DNA of 63,912 nucleotides, counting the filler, from Calcarisporiella thermophila CBS 279.70 (lineage: Eukaryota; Fungi; Calcarisporiellomycota): NCBI RefSeq assembly GCF_041956535.1. It is 8 parts of 5 records of this genome, joined end to end, with 100 filler letters (N's around TTAATTAATTAA, not from the genome) between each part and the next. Parts side by side here need not be neighbours in the genome. Positions count along the whole stretch, not along the records: positions 1 to 6,961 come from NW_027192209.1; positions 7,062 to 16,112 come from NW_027192209.1; 6 more parts are not named here. One strand, written 5' to 3'. The position numbers and the translations under genes were made by a program. Below the pieces are notes generated by a model that made no database searches, had not been told where the DNA came from, and worked only from the letters and a program-made list of their open reading frames with translations. Of this stretch, positions 1 to 13,088 are shown in pieces (positions within the stretch are counted from its first letter, which is position 1; each line of letters opens with the position of its first letter).

Positions 1-1394
1 GGCGGCACTGTAACAAGTACAATAACTAATATATGTTTAATTTATCGACAATCGATCTCGGATATTTTTACTTTACGTATAAAATTACTTGTAGAACTTA
101 ATTAGGTCTTTACCGAATCTTTAATCGAATCTTTAACCGAATTTTTTACGAATCAACTTTACGTCTTTTTACGAACTTATTTTAGTGTAATAAACATTAG
201 TATATGTCGAACCCTACTTGTGCTTATTACAGTATTGTATTTCACTATCTACTCCATGTGGGTGATTGCATTCTAGACTATGGCCCACCTTGGGCTTACT
301 GGCAATTTCCTATGGAGAGATATTGTGGAATGCTTATTCCGTTTATCAGGTAAATTTTGTTGGTGTCAATTCGGATATATGGTTTATTTGATTAATAATA
401 ATTTAAACACTGCACTTTTGCTTTTACTGATCACTAACTAGATCAAAAACATACCCGTATACTTCACTTATACGCCAGTTGAAATTGCGCGAGCAATTAA
501 ATCATGTTCGATTTATCCCTTCTTTTACCTTGGCCAATGCTACAAATCAAGAATCCTGCGCTTCTTGGACGATTGACAATATTCTAGGATTAAAAGACTA
601 TGAGGAAGAGTTATATTGGCCGAAAAAAAAATATCTGCTTAATTACCAAGAATATCGTCGCCTCAAGGTGCATTATGCTACATTCCATGAAAGAAGACTT
701 TCTGAAGTGCAGGCAGTATTTTATTACTAAGTTCCAGGTCTGAGGTAATGAATTTATATATGATATATTTGCAAATAGGGGGTGTCAAGAATAGGCACCC
801 AATATGGCAGGCTTCGAACAAAGGATGGACACTTCCTTGGCTCCATGAAATGTCGGGGATATTCAAATGAATTTAGGCGAATTAATTATACAGTTGCTGT
901 AAGTTTATCATATATTTGTTTCCTTGAAAAGTTTTTATATGAAATTAATAGCGATATAAAAAAATTGTGTATTAATTTACAGTATACACTACTCCTATAT
1001 TGTTACATAGGCAAACATGCTTGTCGATCGTAATGCCTGGTATCATGAAAGACCTGAAGATCTAGAGGAAAAGGAATTTTACGCGGAAGTTGAGGTAAGC
1101 ATACGCTGCCATTTTTATCAAAAATAATATTATGAGACTTAACAAATTGCCAATTTGAATGGCCAGTTTTATTTTCATCATATATATCGGGGAAGAAGCC
1201 ATAAGTAAGCATATGTGCACTGGGCAGATAATTGTAGTAACGATGTGTATGATTTAAGAAGTTTTTCCACTCAAGGAGGAAAGGAATTTGTTGGTGTAGG
1301 AGTACTCGATAGATGTGTTGGGTGGATTCAAAAAGGGCGGCAGATTTACGTCATTGACAAGGAACATTTTGCTAATCATACTTTCGGCAATTAA
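1..1394 (+). mobile_element. CACTA/En-Spm (CMC, Tnp2-like) transposase, 3' part, multi-exon; 5' end outside the window
   Basis: Translation near 279-345 gives YGPPWAYWQFPMERYCGML, the conserved En/Spm transposase motif. Later exons (EELYWPK, QYGRLRTKDGH, DRCVGWI..DKEHF) are colinear with the copy at 58.0-59.9 kb. Confidence 0.75.
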
Positions 1395-2154
1395 TCTTTA
1401 ATACTAATGGTCTTTGTAAATATTGTTTACAGACATGCTGTGGTGACCGTAGCTATAAAATATACCAAAGCATATCTTATATATGATTATAATACATACC
1501 CTCTTCATAGTATTTTATCCCTTTAGAGATCTAATTTAATTTGTGATATTTTGCTGTTAATTCCGCCGAATAAAACGGACAAGTAAATTTCCACAAAATT
1601 TTTTTAGGCTGAGTTCTGGGCCAAAACAATGTAGTCACGTGACAATCCTATATACCCACCTATTAGGTTTCTTACACCTACACCTCAAATTTGTTCGCAT
1701 TTTTAAATGGATTCTAATTGGAGCCTTAGAGTTTCGCAAAGATTTTTATGCGAATTCCTTAAGAAGATTTTTTGTAGGGTAGGTCATCTTTCAAACTACA
1801 TTTAACTTTGCCTGAGATCGACGGGCGGATCGAACCTCATTTAGTATGTTGAACCCATGAAATTTTGGTGTAAGGCCAAAGGCAATCCCTACAAGAAATA
1901 CATATATGGAACCCATACGAGAATAGTGATGAAATCGCGGGGAACGTTTCAGTTTCCCTAAAAGATTTGGATGATTTTCATACATTTTCTATATCGATTC
2001 ATCATCTCAAACCCCGTTCTACCAATAAAATGGTGATATATATATAGAAATTTTAGGATATTTATTGGGAAAATGCAATATTCTCTAGAATTCCGTCATC
2101 TTTTTCCAAAAATTTCTATATGCACACATCTTTTAAGGTCCCCTCCCTACCTCT

Positions 2155-3663
2155 ATGTCCATATTTACATTTCGTCGCTCCATACCCACCGATGATAAAA
2201 ACAAGGCCTTGCGTATCAAGCTGTTCTCTATAGCTCGGCCATACATGCGCGCCTTCCATTTCTCATGGCTTGCCTTCATGGTTGCCTCCTTCAGCTGGTT
2301 CTCCATCTCACCGCTCATGCCCACGATCAAGAAGGAGCTGCAGATAACGCCTGAGCAGGCCGCCAGCGCCAACATGACCTCGGTCGCCGCCACCATTGCC
2401 GCACGGATACTTATCGGGCCGCTGTGTGATCTCTTCGGGCCTCGGCAAGTGATGTCGACCCTGCTGATTATGGGCGCAATTCCGATGGCATTTGCCGGGC
2501 TGGTGTCGGACGGAAACGGGCTGATTACAGTCCGTTTCTTCATCGGCATCCTGGGGGCGACCTTTGTTCCATGTCAGTTTTGGACCACACAAATGTTTTC
2601 TCCCCCCATTGTTGGCTCCGCAAACGCTTTAGTGGGGGGCTGGGGAGATATGGGCGCCGGGATAACCTATCTCATGATGCCGCTAGTCTTCCAATTTTTC
2701 AAACTGATGGGCCTGGCCGACAATTTAACCTGGCGAGTCACTCTGATTCTTCCAGCGGTCCTTTGTGTGGCCGTCGGTATGCTTATTCTATTCTGTTCGG
2801 ATGACTGGCCAGGGGGCCACTGGCGGTTAAAGCGGCAGGGATCGACCCCCGAGACGGAGGTGCATGTGGCCGAGGTCAAAACGGAATGCAGCGAGCTCAC
2901 TACTGATGGAGATAAAACCACTGTCTCCCCGGGTACCGAACCCATCACCAACCCCGCACTCGAGGACAATCCCCCTCCCATCGAGAAGAAGAGCTTCCTC
3001 TCCATCACAGGCGGAGTCCTTCTCTCCATCGTGACCCACCTCCTCAACCCAAATGTAGTCCTCCTCATTTGTGTGTATGCATGCAACTTAGGCCTTGAGC
3101 TGGCCGTGAACAATGTGATCGGGGGGTTCTTCCACGAGCACTACAAGCTGGATCAGACCCTCTCCGGAATTAAAGGCTCCATCTTTGGTCTGATGAACCT
3201 GTTCTCGCGGGCCAGCGGGGGACTGCTCTCCGATTACTTCGACCGGCGCATACGGTCTCCGCATGGGCAAGTCAATGGCCGACTGCTGACGCAACTCACG
3301 TTGACCACCCTGGAAGGCGTGGCCCTCATAGCGTTTGGGCTGGGAGCTGGGCAGTCCCTAGGGGCAGCCATCGTGCTCATGGTCCTGTTCTCCTATTTTG
3401 TCCAGGCCGGTTGTGGTGCTACCTTTGCCATTGTGCCGTTTATCGATCCCGGCCGCATCGGCGCTGTTGCAGGTCTGATCGGGGCGGGTGGAAACTTAGG
3501 AGGCGTAGTCTTTAGCGCCATCTTCGGAGTCTATGGTAGAGACTCTTTGGGTGCCTTTAGGTGCGTCGGATATATTGTCCTCGGAGTGATGATCATGAGC
3601 CTGGGCTTGCGTGTGCAAGGGGGCTGGATACCCGGCATGATTTGGAAGAAGCTGCATCATTAA
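2155..3663 (+). CDS. NRT2: High-affinity nitrate/nitrite porter (NRT2/NNP family, MFS), intronless, 502 aa
   Basis: Motifs RAFHFSWLAF, FVPCQFWTTQMF, ANALVGGWGDMG, FGLMNLFSRASGG and GAGGNLGG. Two hydrophobic halves separated by a large central loop. Confidence 0.92.
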   Translation: MSIFTFRRSIPTDDKNKALRIKLFSIARPYMRAFHFSWLAFMVASFSWFSISPLMPTIKKELQITPEQAASANMTSVAATIAARILIGPLCDLFGPRQVMSTLLIMGAIPMAFAGLVSDGNGLITVRFFIGILGATFVPCQFWTTQMFSPPIVGSANALVGGWGDMGAGITYLMMPLVFQFFKLMGLADNLTWRVTLILPAVLCVAVGMLILFCSDDWPGGHWRLKRQGSTPETEVHVAEVKTECSELTTDGDKTTVSPGTEPITNPALEDNPPPIEKKSFLSITGGVLLSIVTHLLNPNVVLLICVYACNLGLELAVNNVIGGFFHEHYKLDQTLSGIKGSIFGLMNLFSRASGGLLSDYFDRRIRSPHGQVNGRLLTQLTLTTLEGVALIAFGLGAGQSLGAAIVLMVLFSYFVQAGCGATFAIVPFIDPGRIGAVAGLIGAGGNLGGVVFSAIFGVYGRDSLGAFRCVGYIVLGVMIMSLGLRVQGGWIPGMIWKKLHH

Positions 3664-4093
3664 TTGAAAATGATCAGAAAGAATCAGAAAATAGAATTAG
3701 AGAGATTTCCAAATTTGATTGGTCCAAACATTTGCATATTAAGGTTTTTAACACCATAACCTTCTTTTGAGAGCTAATGTTTCCACCAATATGCATCCGA
3801 ACGTCACCGTTTTTAGTGCGATAAATACTACTACGATGGCCGTATCTTATTGGAAGGCACGGGCGAAATTTTCTCTTCCTCTCGAGGTGATGCTATCCGG
3901 TATGGGAAACTCATTCCTGATATTCAAATTATGCGAAACATGAACCGGTGTAGGACTGCGGTAGCTTATTAAAGAGAGGAAGGAGTTTTTTTCTAAGTGT
4001 TCCTTACAAAGATGATGTAACAATTGGGGTTGTTAGGGGGACAGAGGGTGACCTTAATTGTAGAAAGAAAGCGGTGAGGAACAAAAGAGAAAA

Positions 4094-6247
4094 TTGCATA
4101 GAAAAATAAAGAAAATTAAAGAAACTAAAAGAAAATTAAAAATTCAAATCAAGACTACAGTAGGTGCAGGAATAATTCTTCAGGCAAAATATTTGTCTCT
4201 AATTGTCGAGGAGATGCGGAGAAGAACGCAGGAATGTGAGGAATGTTATTGCCTCCGCGACTTCTTTTTCCATATATACGGCAAAAATTTGAAGTTGTCC
4301 ACAAAGTCTACCCTTATGGATCCAACTAGCTTCATTCGAGACTTGTGCGATTACTTTGATTTTGACCGAATAACCCCCGATGCTATGATCGTCGATCTCG
4401 GTGTTGAGTGGCACCCGCACGAAAATGCCGATGATGGATTGGGCGAAGATGTGGATTGTGCTCCTCGAACCTTACTCTGGCGTGCAGCATTTCTAGACAG
4501 ATTATTTCAACAAATCAAGGCTACCGCCCAATCCCTACGCTTCCCCTGGAATCATTGCAGTTCAATAGGCAGTAAAAGTGCCGAATGGCCGCCTGGAGTA
4601 CGTAAAATACTTCACTGTGCTTTTATGCAAGCCTATCATCTCGAAAAGGCACTTCTCTTTAATTTCGGCAGAGGTGAAAGCGTTGGGGCATTCAGATTCG
4701 ATGTGGATGATGCTTGGGAATATAACTCTCGATATATACATTCGATCGAAACTATGAAATATGCATGGTTAAATTCTGCTGATGTTTCGTTTGGTGCAAG
4801 ACTGGAAACCCGTATATCTTTCGCAGCTTTTCCTCATGTTATTGATATTGTGCACCAACGTGCTCGCTCGTTTGTTGTCAATGGTGCGTTTGCTGCTGTT
4901 CCAACTCACCTGATCAGCCACCTGAAGTTGATCAAACTTTCTGTTTATAATGAGGTGTTACATCGTATATTTCTCTGTCCTCTTGAACAACGATCAGATG
5001 TTAAATGGTATTTATGGATTAGAATGCGTTTATGAGCTTGTTTTGATCACGCAGTTTATATCTAAACGACTCTTTTCTATGTTTTTTTTTTCTTCATTGC
5101 ACTTATAATATTTAAGCCTAGCTCTAGTACAGCTTCTTTTTTGGCTCATATCAACGATATCTTCACGTCAGCAAGAAATTGGTCAAACATTGAGCCAACC
5201 TCAGGTCAAGGAAGTGTTGACGGCAATTGATCAATTCAATATGGCTTCTATTGCATCATTCAACTCAGAGAGCCTCATTGTCGATCGTGATGATGAATAT
5301 GGCTTAATAGATAGGATAAGAGGGTTTCGGCGCGCGAAAAAGCTCAGAAAAAAGTTACTGTGTACAAAACCTAAAAGATCGAGAGTTCGAGCTAAGAGAC
5401 AAGTTAAAAAGGGTAAGGAGATTAGTCAGAATCACGGTAAGTCTTAAGAATAATTTGAAATTTCCCACGATATAGCAGTTATATTTAATTTACGTAATTA
5501 ACAACTTTCTCAACTACTGAAAACACCATACCTTCTCATTAATCTTGTATTTTATTTCTTGTTCGTTATTTTTTTTTTTTAGAATCTAATGAAATATCAC
5601 CTCAAACAAATAATGGGACAATTGCTAAGGAACATCCCGATGAGACGCCAGCAGAGGATAGAGAGAATCACAATCCAATACAACCGCAGGACCTTATCAG
5701 ACTCGATCACTCCACATTAAATCGTGTGGCAGAACGACTCTTCCAAAATTTTAAACTAGAGCTTTGGGCGGCACTCCCAAATCCTGGTCGACACCTGAAA
5801 GACTTGGCATACCAGCACGTCGAGTATGTGGATTTTACACAACAAGAAATGAGTTATTATTTGCGAAATCCACATTTCTCGTACACAACTCGGGTAAAGG
5901 TCGAAGGAAAAATAATGGGGAGTAATAGCGGAAGGAATTGGAGACAAAGATTTGATCTCTATTTCAATACCACGCGAGAACTGCGGGGTGCCTACAAGCA
6001 AGGGTGGGACCATCTTCTATATCTTAAAGAATATCGACAGTGCTGTGGAGCGATGACCCCAGCCGAGATTCATGTGTTCAATAAGATACTTCTTGAGAAA
6101 TTTATGCAGTTGGAGACTCTTCCGTGTTCAACGAATGGAAAAGTGTGGTCTACGGGAGCCAAGCCAAAAGAAACCCGCACGCCCGAGGATCAGGAGAATA
6201 CTCGTTTTGTTTTCATTATATTGAATGAGAATTTGATAAAGGATTAA
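4094..6247 (+). CDS. Uncharacterised, probably multi-exon protein (ORFs 4094-5035, 5190-5447, 5726-6247); possibly transposon-associated
   Basis: Three co-oriented ORFs with protein-like composition, separated by AT-rich intron-like segments (e.g. gtaagt at ~5437, ttttag at ~5583). No family recognised. Start position and integrity uncertain. Confidence 0.45.
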
Positions 6248-7162
6248 CAGCATGAACGATTACTACAAAAGGATAAAAAATAGTTTTTTTTTCCTGTTTC
6301 GACCAATTTACAAAATGATACATTAATATTTTCAAACTCTCTTGTTATAAGTGTTATCCACCTAGGAAAAAAAAGGTTACCGACAAAAAAAATACATATA
6401 TACGTAATAGAAATATTAATAGCATAAATTAATAATACCGTGCAGTATATGCTAGTACGATTGTATTATTGTAAATATTGCAATTGGGCCCATCGAAGGG
6501 ATATATAGCATGTTGAAAAAAAATAAAATAAAATAAAATGCAATGTTCAACACGTTAGGAGTAAATGTCTAATTTCTTTCTTTTACTATTTAGTTCTCCA
6601 CGATCGTAGATTGTAGCAGGACGACACACTGTATATAATTAATTGATAAATGCAGTACCAGCGGATGATCTTCAATTGCAGAGTCACGGACAATCCATAC
6701 GATATTTCGAGTTAAATAGGTAAATCAGTATATGAGAACGTTATTTATCTTTGCAAAAAATATTTTTTATTATTATTTAAAATTTGTAAAATATATTAAG
6801 TTACAAATTAGTGATGATATTAATTATATCCCAATAATAATAAATCATTTATTTAGTATATTAATTTAGTATAACTGGGTTCAAATGGTAGATACTGTAG
6901 AAAATCTTAAAAAAATAGGGATCGGTGAGGAACAGAGGGCAACAGTAGGTGGATTTGGGAGNNNNNNNNNNNNNNNNNNNNNNNNNNNNNNNNNNNNNNN
7001 NNNNNTTAATTAATTAANNNNNNNNNNNNNNNNNNNNNNNNNNNNNNNNNNNNNNNNNNNNTTTTCCCTGATGTTTCGTGTACCCCGAATCCCAGAGTGA
7101 CTTCTTACGTGACTTCTCTGTACCAAAAACCAATATCCTCGTAACATTTTTGTGGATGAATT

Positions 7163-7244
7163 GTCGCTTTGGCGGAGTGGTTAACGCGGTGCCCTGCTAA
7201 GGCATTGTCCTTTGGACGCGCAGGTTCGAATCCTGCAGGCGACG
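7163..7244 (+). tRNA. tRNA-Ser(GCT)
   Basis: Cloverleaf GTCGCTT/AGGCGAC, anticodon arm GTGCC-CTGCTAA-GGCAT, long variable arm, GGTTCGAATCC, downstream T-run. Confidence 0.95.
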
Positions 7245-7775
7245 GTATTTTTTTAATTTTTATCAACTTAGCCACTCTTATTACTCTATTTTATCACTCC
7301 CCCCGTGTAGGAAATAAAAGGTATCAGTTTTTTGTTCTCAGTGTTGGAAATAATAGCACTGCGTTAAACATTGGGCCTGAATCTCGTAATCCTATTTTAC
7401 CCCATTAATGTGCTGAGGAAAATGGATACACTTTCATAGAAGATTTAGAAAACTTGCATTTTTCAAGAGGCTGTAGGTTTCATCCTTGAATGAAGCACGA
7501 TATGCATACTCACTGCCTCCATCTTCTAGTGTTGGAGATGGGAGAGAGGCTTTGATAAATAAGGCGCCGCTTTGGAGAGATATGATTCATTAGCCAATTA
7601 ATAATAACAAACTAAAGCACATACGGAGTCGAAGAATTAAGGAGAAGGGGAGAGAGTAAAATGTAGGTGTAATAATATTATAATGTATATATGTGGGTGT
7701 CGTTTATCATTATCAATTGGGTTTTAATAAACAGAAAAAAAAAAGAGAGTCATAATAAGAAAAAACGAATGGAGT

Positions 7776-9885
7776 TTAATGAGATAATTCCAGTTTGTGT
7801 TCTAGGGTGGTCTCCCGCTTCTCCTCCTCGTCTATTTCTTTGTCCTCCATCTTGACTGTGTCTGAATAGGATGCTTTGAAGGCATTCCACTCGGCCTCTT
7901 CCTCGGAACGCGACACCAGCTCTACCCGGAAAGGCTTCCTGATGCGCACCAATCGGCCGAAGAAGCGCAAGCGAGTCAGCTCGTCGGGCTGCTTGGGAAG
8001 GAGCCGATCGCTGGTTTTGGTGCGGACATTGATCAGGAAGAAGAACCCGATCAGGGCCACTCCAAACAGCCACCAAAAGTTAACACTGTACACATGGGGC
8101 GATTTGGTGGTGTACATCCCTGTGGCAAGCAAGCCGTTGAACACTGCGGTAAAGATGAGGCCACCGCCCACTCCTGCAATTGCCCATGCGGTGAGAATGA
8201 TGCCGTGCAAGGCCCCAATGTTGTTGGGGCCGAATTGGTCAGTGAGGAAGGCAGGAATGATGCCAAAGCCCGCCCCGTAGCACGCAGTTAGAACCCAAAT
8301 CACCAAGAGGAAGGCCCAGTAGGTGCGTGTCTCCAGGATTGCGGTGAGAGAGCCAAGAATGATCACCTGTGCGCTTAACATGAATACGAAGCAGGATTTA
8401 CGGCCGATATAGTCGGAGAGGGTGCTGAAGAAAAGTCGCCCACCCAGATTGAATCCACCATTGATGGAGACAATAGTGGAGGCGGCATCAGCACTCTGGC
8501 CAAAAATGTCAGAGGCAATGTTGGCTAGACGAGCTAAAACCACCAAACCCGCAATGGCTAGAAGTGAAAGGGAGAAGAGAAGGGGGTTAATTAGAGAAAG
8601 AGGATATCAACCCAAAACCATCCCTAGCTTACAATTTCCTATGAACATGATATACATAAGGGTGTAGTCGCGGTTGAAAATGGATTCGATTAGGGTGAGG
8701 TTCACCGTGGGCTCGTTGATGACGGTCTTGTCGGTCGAAAGAACCTCTTCGTCCGACCGGTCTGAACGGATGGGACCAGTCATAGGGTCAACACGTCTTC
8801 CGCGTACGTCGAGGCCGTTCACGGTAAAGTTGGGCGGAGGCACTCTGAAAACCAGAGCACAGAGAACCATGACCGCGTAAAATCCACACCCCAGCACAAC
8901 GAAAGTCAGAGGAAGACCCACCGCTTCGGCTAAGGGGAGGGGCACTTTGGCAAAAGCAATAGAACCGGCCCCAAAACCGCATACAGCAAGACCACTGGCT
9001 AATCCGCGTTTATCCGGGAACCCTAAGAGATATAGGAGGAAGGGATTACTAGATTTAGAATTTTTGATAAACCTTCAATCGAAAAAGAAGAAAGATATAC
9101 ATTTTTGCAACGGTGATACGGGGGAGATGTAAGATAAACCTAGGCCACTCCCTCCAATCACACCGTAGCCAAGGAACACTAATCCAATCAACTAGAATTT
9201 GGCGCGTGAGGGGAGAGTGAATGGAAAGGAGAGATCAAATCATTCAGTGATGTTTCCCCCCAAAGCAGTCAACAAAGCAAAGTTCATATACCTTGAATTG
9301 GATGCCTGCCGCAGTGATCAAATTTCCAATAAAGAAGAGGGTGGCACCGATGAGGGCACCATTACGAGGACCATTTCTCTCGAGCCAAGGGCCAGTCAAG
9401 GCAGCGGATAATCCTAGCAGGGAACCGCCATTGGTAAGGGTTTGGATAAGAAAGAGAAAGTAGCAAAGGGTAGATTACCAAAGCATCCCACTGCGATGTA
9501 AAAGGTGACAGGGGCCAAGTTGTTCTGAGGAGAGAGATGATAGATGAGGATCAATGAAACATTAGGGAGAAAACTGTTGTATGAAATCCATCCAGCCATG
9601 GATGCTTACCGTGTTGCAAGCTGCATCAATCCCCTTATTGTAGACAGACCATGCGTACAGGGACCCTGAAAAGAATATGAGTCAACACTAGCGCATTCTA
9701 CCCAAACACCAAGAGACGTTACCGCAAATAGCCTGGAAAATAACCGCGGCGGGCATAAGATACCAGCGGTTGAAAGGGACAGAGCCGACCAAAAATTTGT
9801 CGCGCTCTATCTGCTTCTCAGTGCGAGGGTAGTTGACATCGCCCCAGTGCCACTGGACAAATCGGAGAAGAGGGTTGGAAGGCAT
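7776..9885 (-). CDS. MFS transporter, oxalate:formate antiporter (OFA)-like, multi-exon
   Basis: Exons give [54 protein letters not shown] and FNLGGRLFFSTLSDYIGRK, with GT-AG introns between them. Confidence 0.88.
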
Positions 9886-12800
9886 TTAATGAAGGCTATA
9901 GTCTCCCCAAACAAAATCAGGCAGCAGAATAAAGAGGAATAAAGGAAGGGGACAAGGAAGTCTATCTCCAGCCCTTTTTAGAACGCACTATAAATCCATA
10001 TATGTAATGGGAATGTGGGTATGAAAACATTAGAAACCTTTTTTAAAATTGGATTTGAAAATCCGGTTTCTATATCTAGAAGGCTCCTGCTGTATTGGCA
10101 TGCATCCTAATCTCAAGTGATAAGTGGCTCTAGACGAAATTCTGGAATGGCCCCCGCCAATGGGGAGGGGCGCCGCCTCTTCCTCATTAATCCCAAAGCA
10201 ACAGGACTAGTCACTATCCTTAATTAGATGGGCCTCTTCGCGACTTCCCCCTCTTTGAGCGCCCCAGCGCAGCACCGTGGATGAAAATGGGCGCGGGCCA
10301 ATGGAACGAAACTCGCCTCAGGTCGATTGGGGCTAGTACGAATCCAGCCATGCCAATCTGCAATCGCAATGTACTATCGAACTTCTCCCTTTCGCAATCA
10401 ATCCTCTGGTGGGATCTTCCCAGGCTAGGTTGGTGTGCGAGATTAGCAGCCGAGAATGGGCAGTTGGGCAGGGAAGCCCAACCCTCCCTTCCGCATGAAT
10501 CAACTCGTTTGCAAGAGAGGCCCCTAAGAGGATCCGGCTTTCGCCAACAACTCCATTGGCAGCTGTGCGAATAAGAGTGTTTCGTTTAGAGTTTGCGCCG
10601 AGATTCAGCCCTCTGCCATCGCGCCTTTCCACCATGGGTGAAGGTCGAGGCTCGGCCGAGGTTGTCTTTGGCTTAAGGGTCCCCTAGAGGCTGCCCAGCA
10701 GCCGTTCACTCTGGCTCGCAAATATGAATGTTTGCGCGACTTAATAAGCGTGCATAAATTAACAGATGCCAAGCGGTGGTACAATAGGAGATCATCTCTA
10801 GTATTTCCTCTTCTACTCTACGATGCTCTATTCCAAACTAGCAGCGAGGAACTCGAGCGCTCCTTCCTCCATTTGGCATACATCCCATCGACGCATGGCT
10901 GCCTTATCCCCTTTCTGGGGGATACCCTCAAAGAGGCTATACTAGCCATCTGCGCCCGGCTGTGACTCATTCCTCATTTCAGCCTTAAACCCTTGCTGGG
11001 TTACAAGCCACGGGTGGGAGCACTTCAGCATGCAGCTTGGGGATCTCCCTTAAAAATAACCCGCAATAAGTATGAGTGGGCGTGTAAGCGCCGTCTTCCC
11101 AAACTGCAGTCACGCCCAAGGGGGGCACCATGAGAGGCTGAGAAGTCGTGATATTTTTGGCGTGGAACCAAGCGAGTTTTACCAAGGGAAGGTTTTTTAT
11201 TTTCCTGGTGCGTAGCAATCAGTTGGATCTGTAACTCCCTGACATTGCTTGATGGGTGGCGACGTTTTTTTTATTGACGCCGATCCTAATTTCATTCCCA
11301 TTTGTCCATTCTTGAATTCTTGGATTTTGGTGTTAATGGCTTGAATGCAGCTTCATCGGCGGTAGGACAAATTTGTTTTCCAACTTGTCGGGCCTGCATG
11401 GGTGTGTCTTGGTCAACTCTCCGTGGCGTATCAGCCTCAACACCCAACAACCGGGGCATCCTCTCAGCCGAAAACTCGGCTGCGTTAGCCTGTCCTAGAG
11501 GCTGACAATGATTGTGTTTGGCCTACCAGTTCCACCAATCTTGAATGACATTCATACAAAGACTCTTGCACCTGGCTAGTGATCAGGAATTTATCTTCTT
11601 CGATAAGCTAATAAAACACAATAAGTTATGCTATCCAATGATTCATATCACGGTAGAGAGCAATGGGACATTATATTTCATCTTTCTCCGAGTGCCTAAA
11701 GCTCTCATAAGGATGGAATGATATATTGCGGCTCTACATAAAAAAGGAGTCGAAACAAACTACATGCCACCCCAATTACCAATATCCCTTTCGAGTTGCC
11801 GTGGGTATTAAAGTGGAAGCTCTGGAAGAGTTACTCTCAAAGTTATACTGTGGATCAACTTGTTAATTTTCGCTAAAAATGTATCCGTATTCCGTGTACT
11901 CTCCTTATGATCAATAGACGACTCAGGATCAGCTTGGCGTATTCATGTAGAGATTACGCTGTATGCTCCAAAGTATCTTTGATCCGGCCACTTGGATTTT
12001 CTCTATTCCGTGCGGAATTCATAGCTGCATTTCATAATCGCCTCTTCTTGTGCCCCTCTTTGGCAACGTCTCGCAAGTCATCTGGATTCGAACCTTCTGC
12101 ACTCGACGTATTCTTAGCGATATAGCTCTCCTCCGGCTTGTCTAGACTACGTGGACATCCAGATTTTGGCAAGGAGGATGTTTCGACGTGCTCCACACCT
12201 TCCTTTTAGCTTCACACTGTATTCTCAAATGGGAGTTAACCTTAGGCGTGCACTCTCCCCTTTTTGAAAGTTCAACCGCTAGTTTTCGAATCATATTGAA
12301 ATTTGACTTTAAACCTACAAGTCTTTGTTATAAAACAATAATAATACGGTTGCTAATAAAGAAATTTTATGGACATACAAGAGCAAATAAAAAGTGGTGA
12401 AACAATGTTTATCACCGCTTTCCTTTCTTGTAACATGAATGGAAATTGTCGATGCAGAGTCTATTGTTATGCAACTTTTCTACTTTAAGGTCTTTCCCAG
12501 TGAGGCTCGAGGTGTCCCATTAGTGCTAGTTGAAAATTAAATGAGTTTTGGTTAACACCATCAGATGAGGGAGTGTCTGATAGTAGGGCGAGCACTCGGG
12601 AACAAAGGGAGTAGGGGAGATAGAATGGAATTTTGGCTTAATATTATTATTGGTAAGAAAACAACGGATTCACAAAAATAAAAAACCAGAAATTAAAACC
12701 ACGGAAAATAAAGGCAAAGAAAGGGGCTACAAAGTAAAGGGAGAGTATCACAAAAACAGATTTTGTTGCCATTATGAATAAAAAAACTTCAACCTGTATC

Positions 12801-13088
12801 AAGAACAAAGCAAAGGACAAATTCCATAAATTTACAGAGTCAGACAGGAAAGAATAAAACTAAATAGGATCCATAAAATAAAAAAAATAAAAAATAAAAA
12901 AAGATCGATGCTAAATAGAAAGGGGAGAGAGAGAAGAAATAAAAGTACCCTTGCGATAAGACAATGAATAGACAGAAGTAGAGCAACGTGGAAAAAAAAA
13001 ATCTAAGGAAATCCGCTGGTCAAAAAAAAGAAAACATAAATTAACCGAAGCATTTTCTTTTCTCTTCTTTTTCCCTTTTATGTTTCGT

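Noticed and set aside
105-180. Degenerate ~12-bp tandem repeats (TTTACCGAATC-like)
   Set aside because: Low-complexity intronic minisatellite within the transposase remnant, with no further structure.
7062-7162. Possible element upstream of tRNA-Ser
   Set aside because: No SINE head is visible at about -85, and the contig ends 101 bp upstream, so nothing can be shown.
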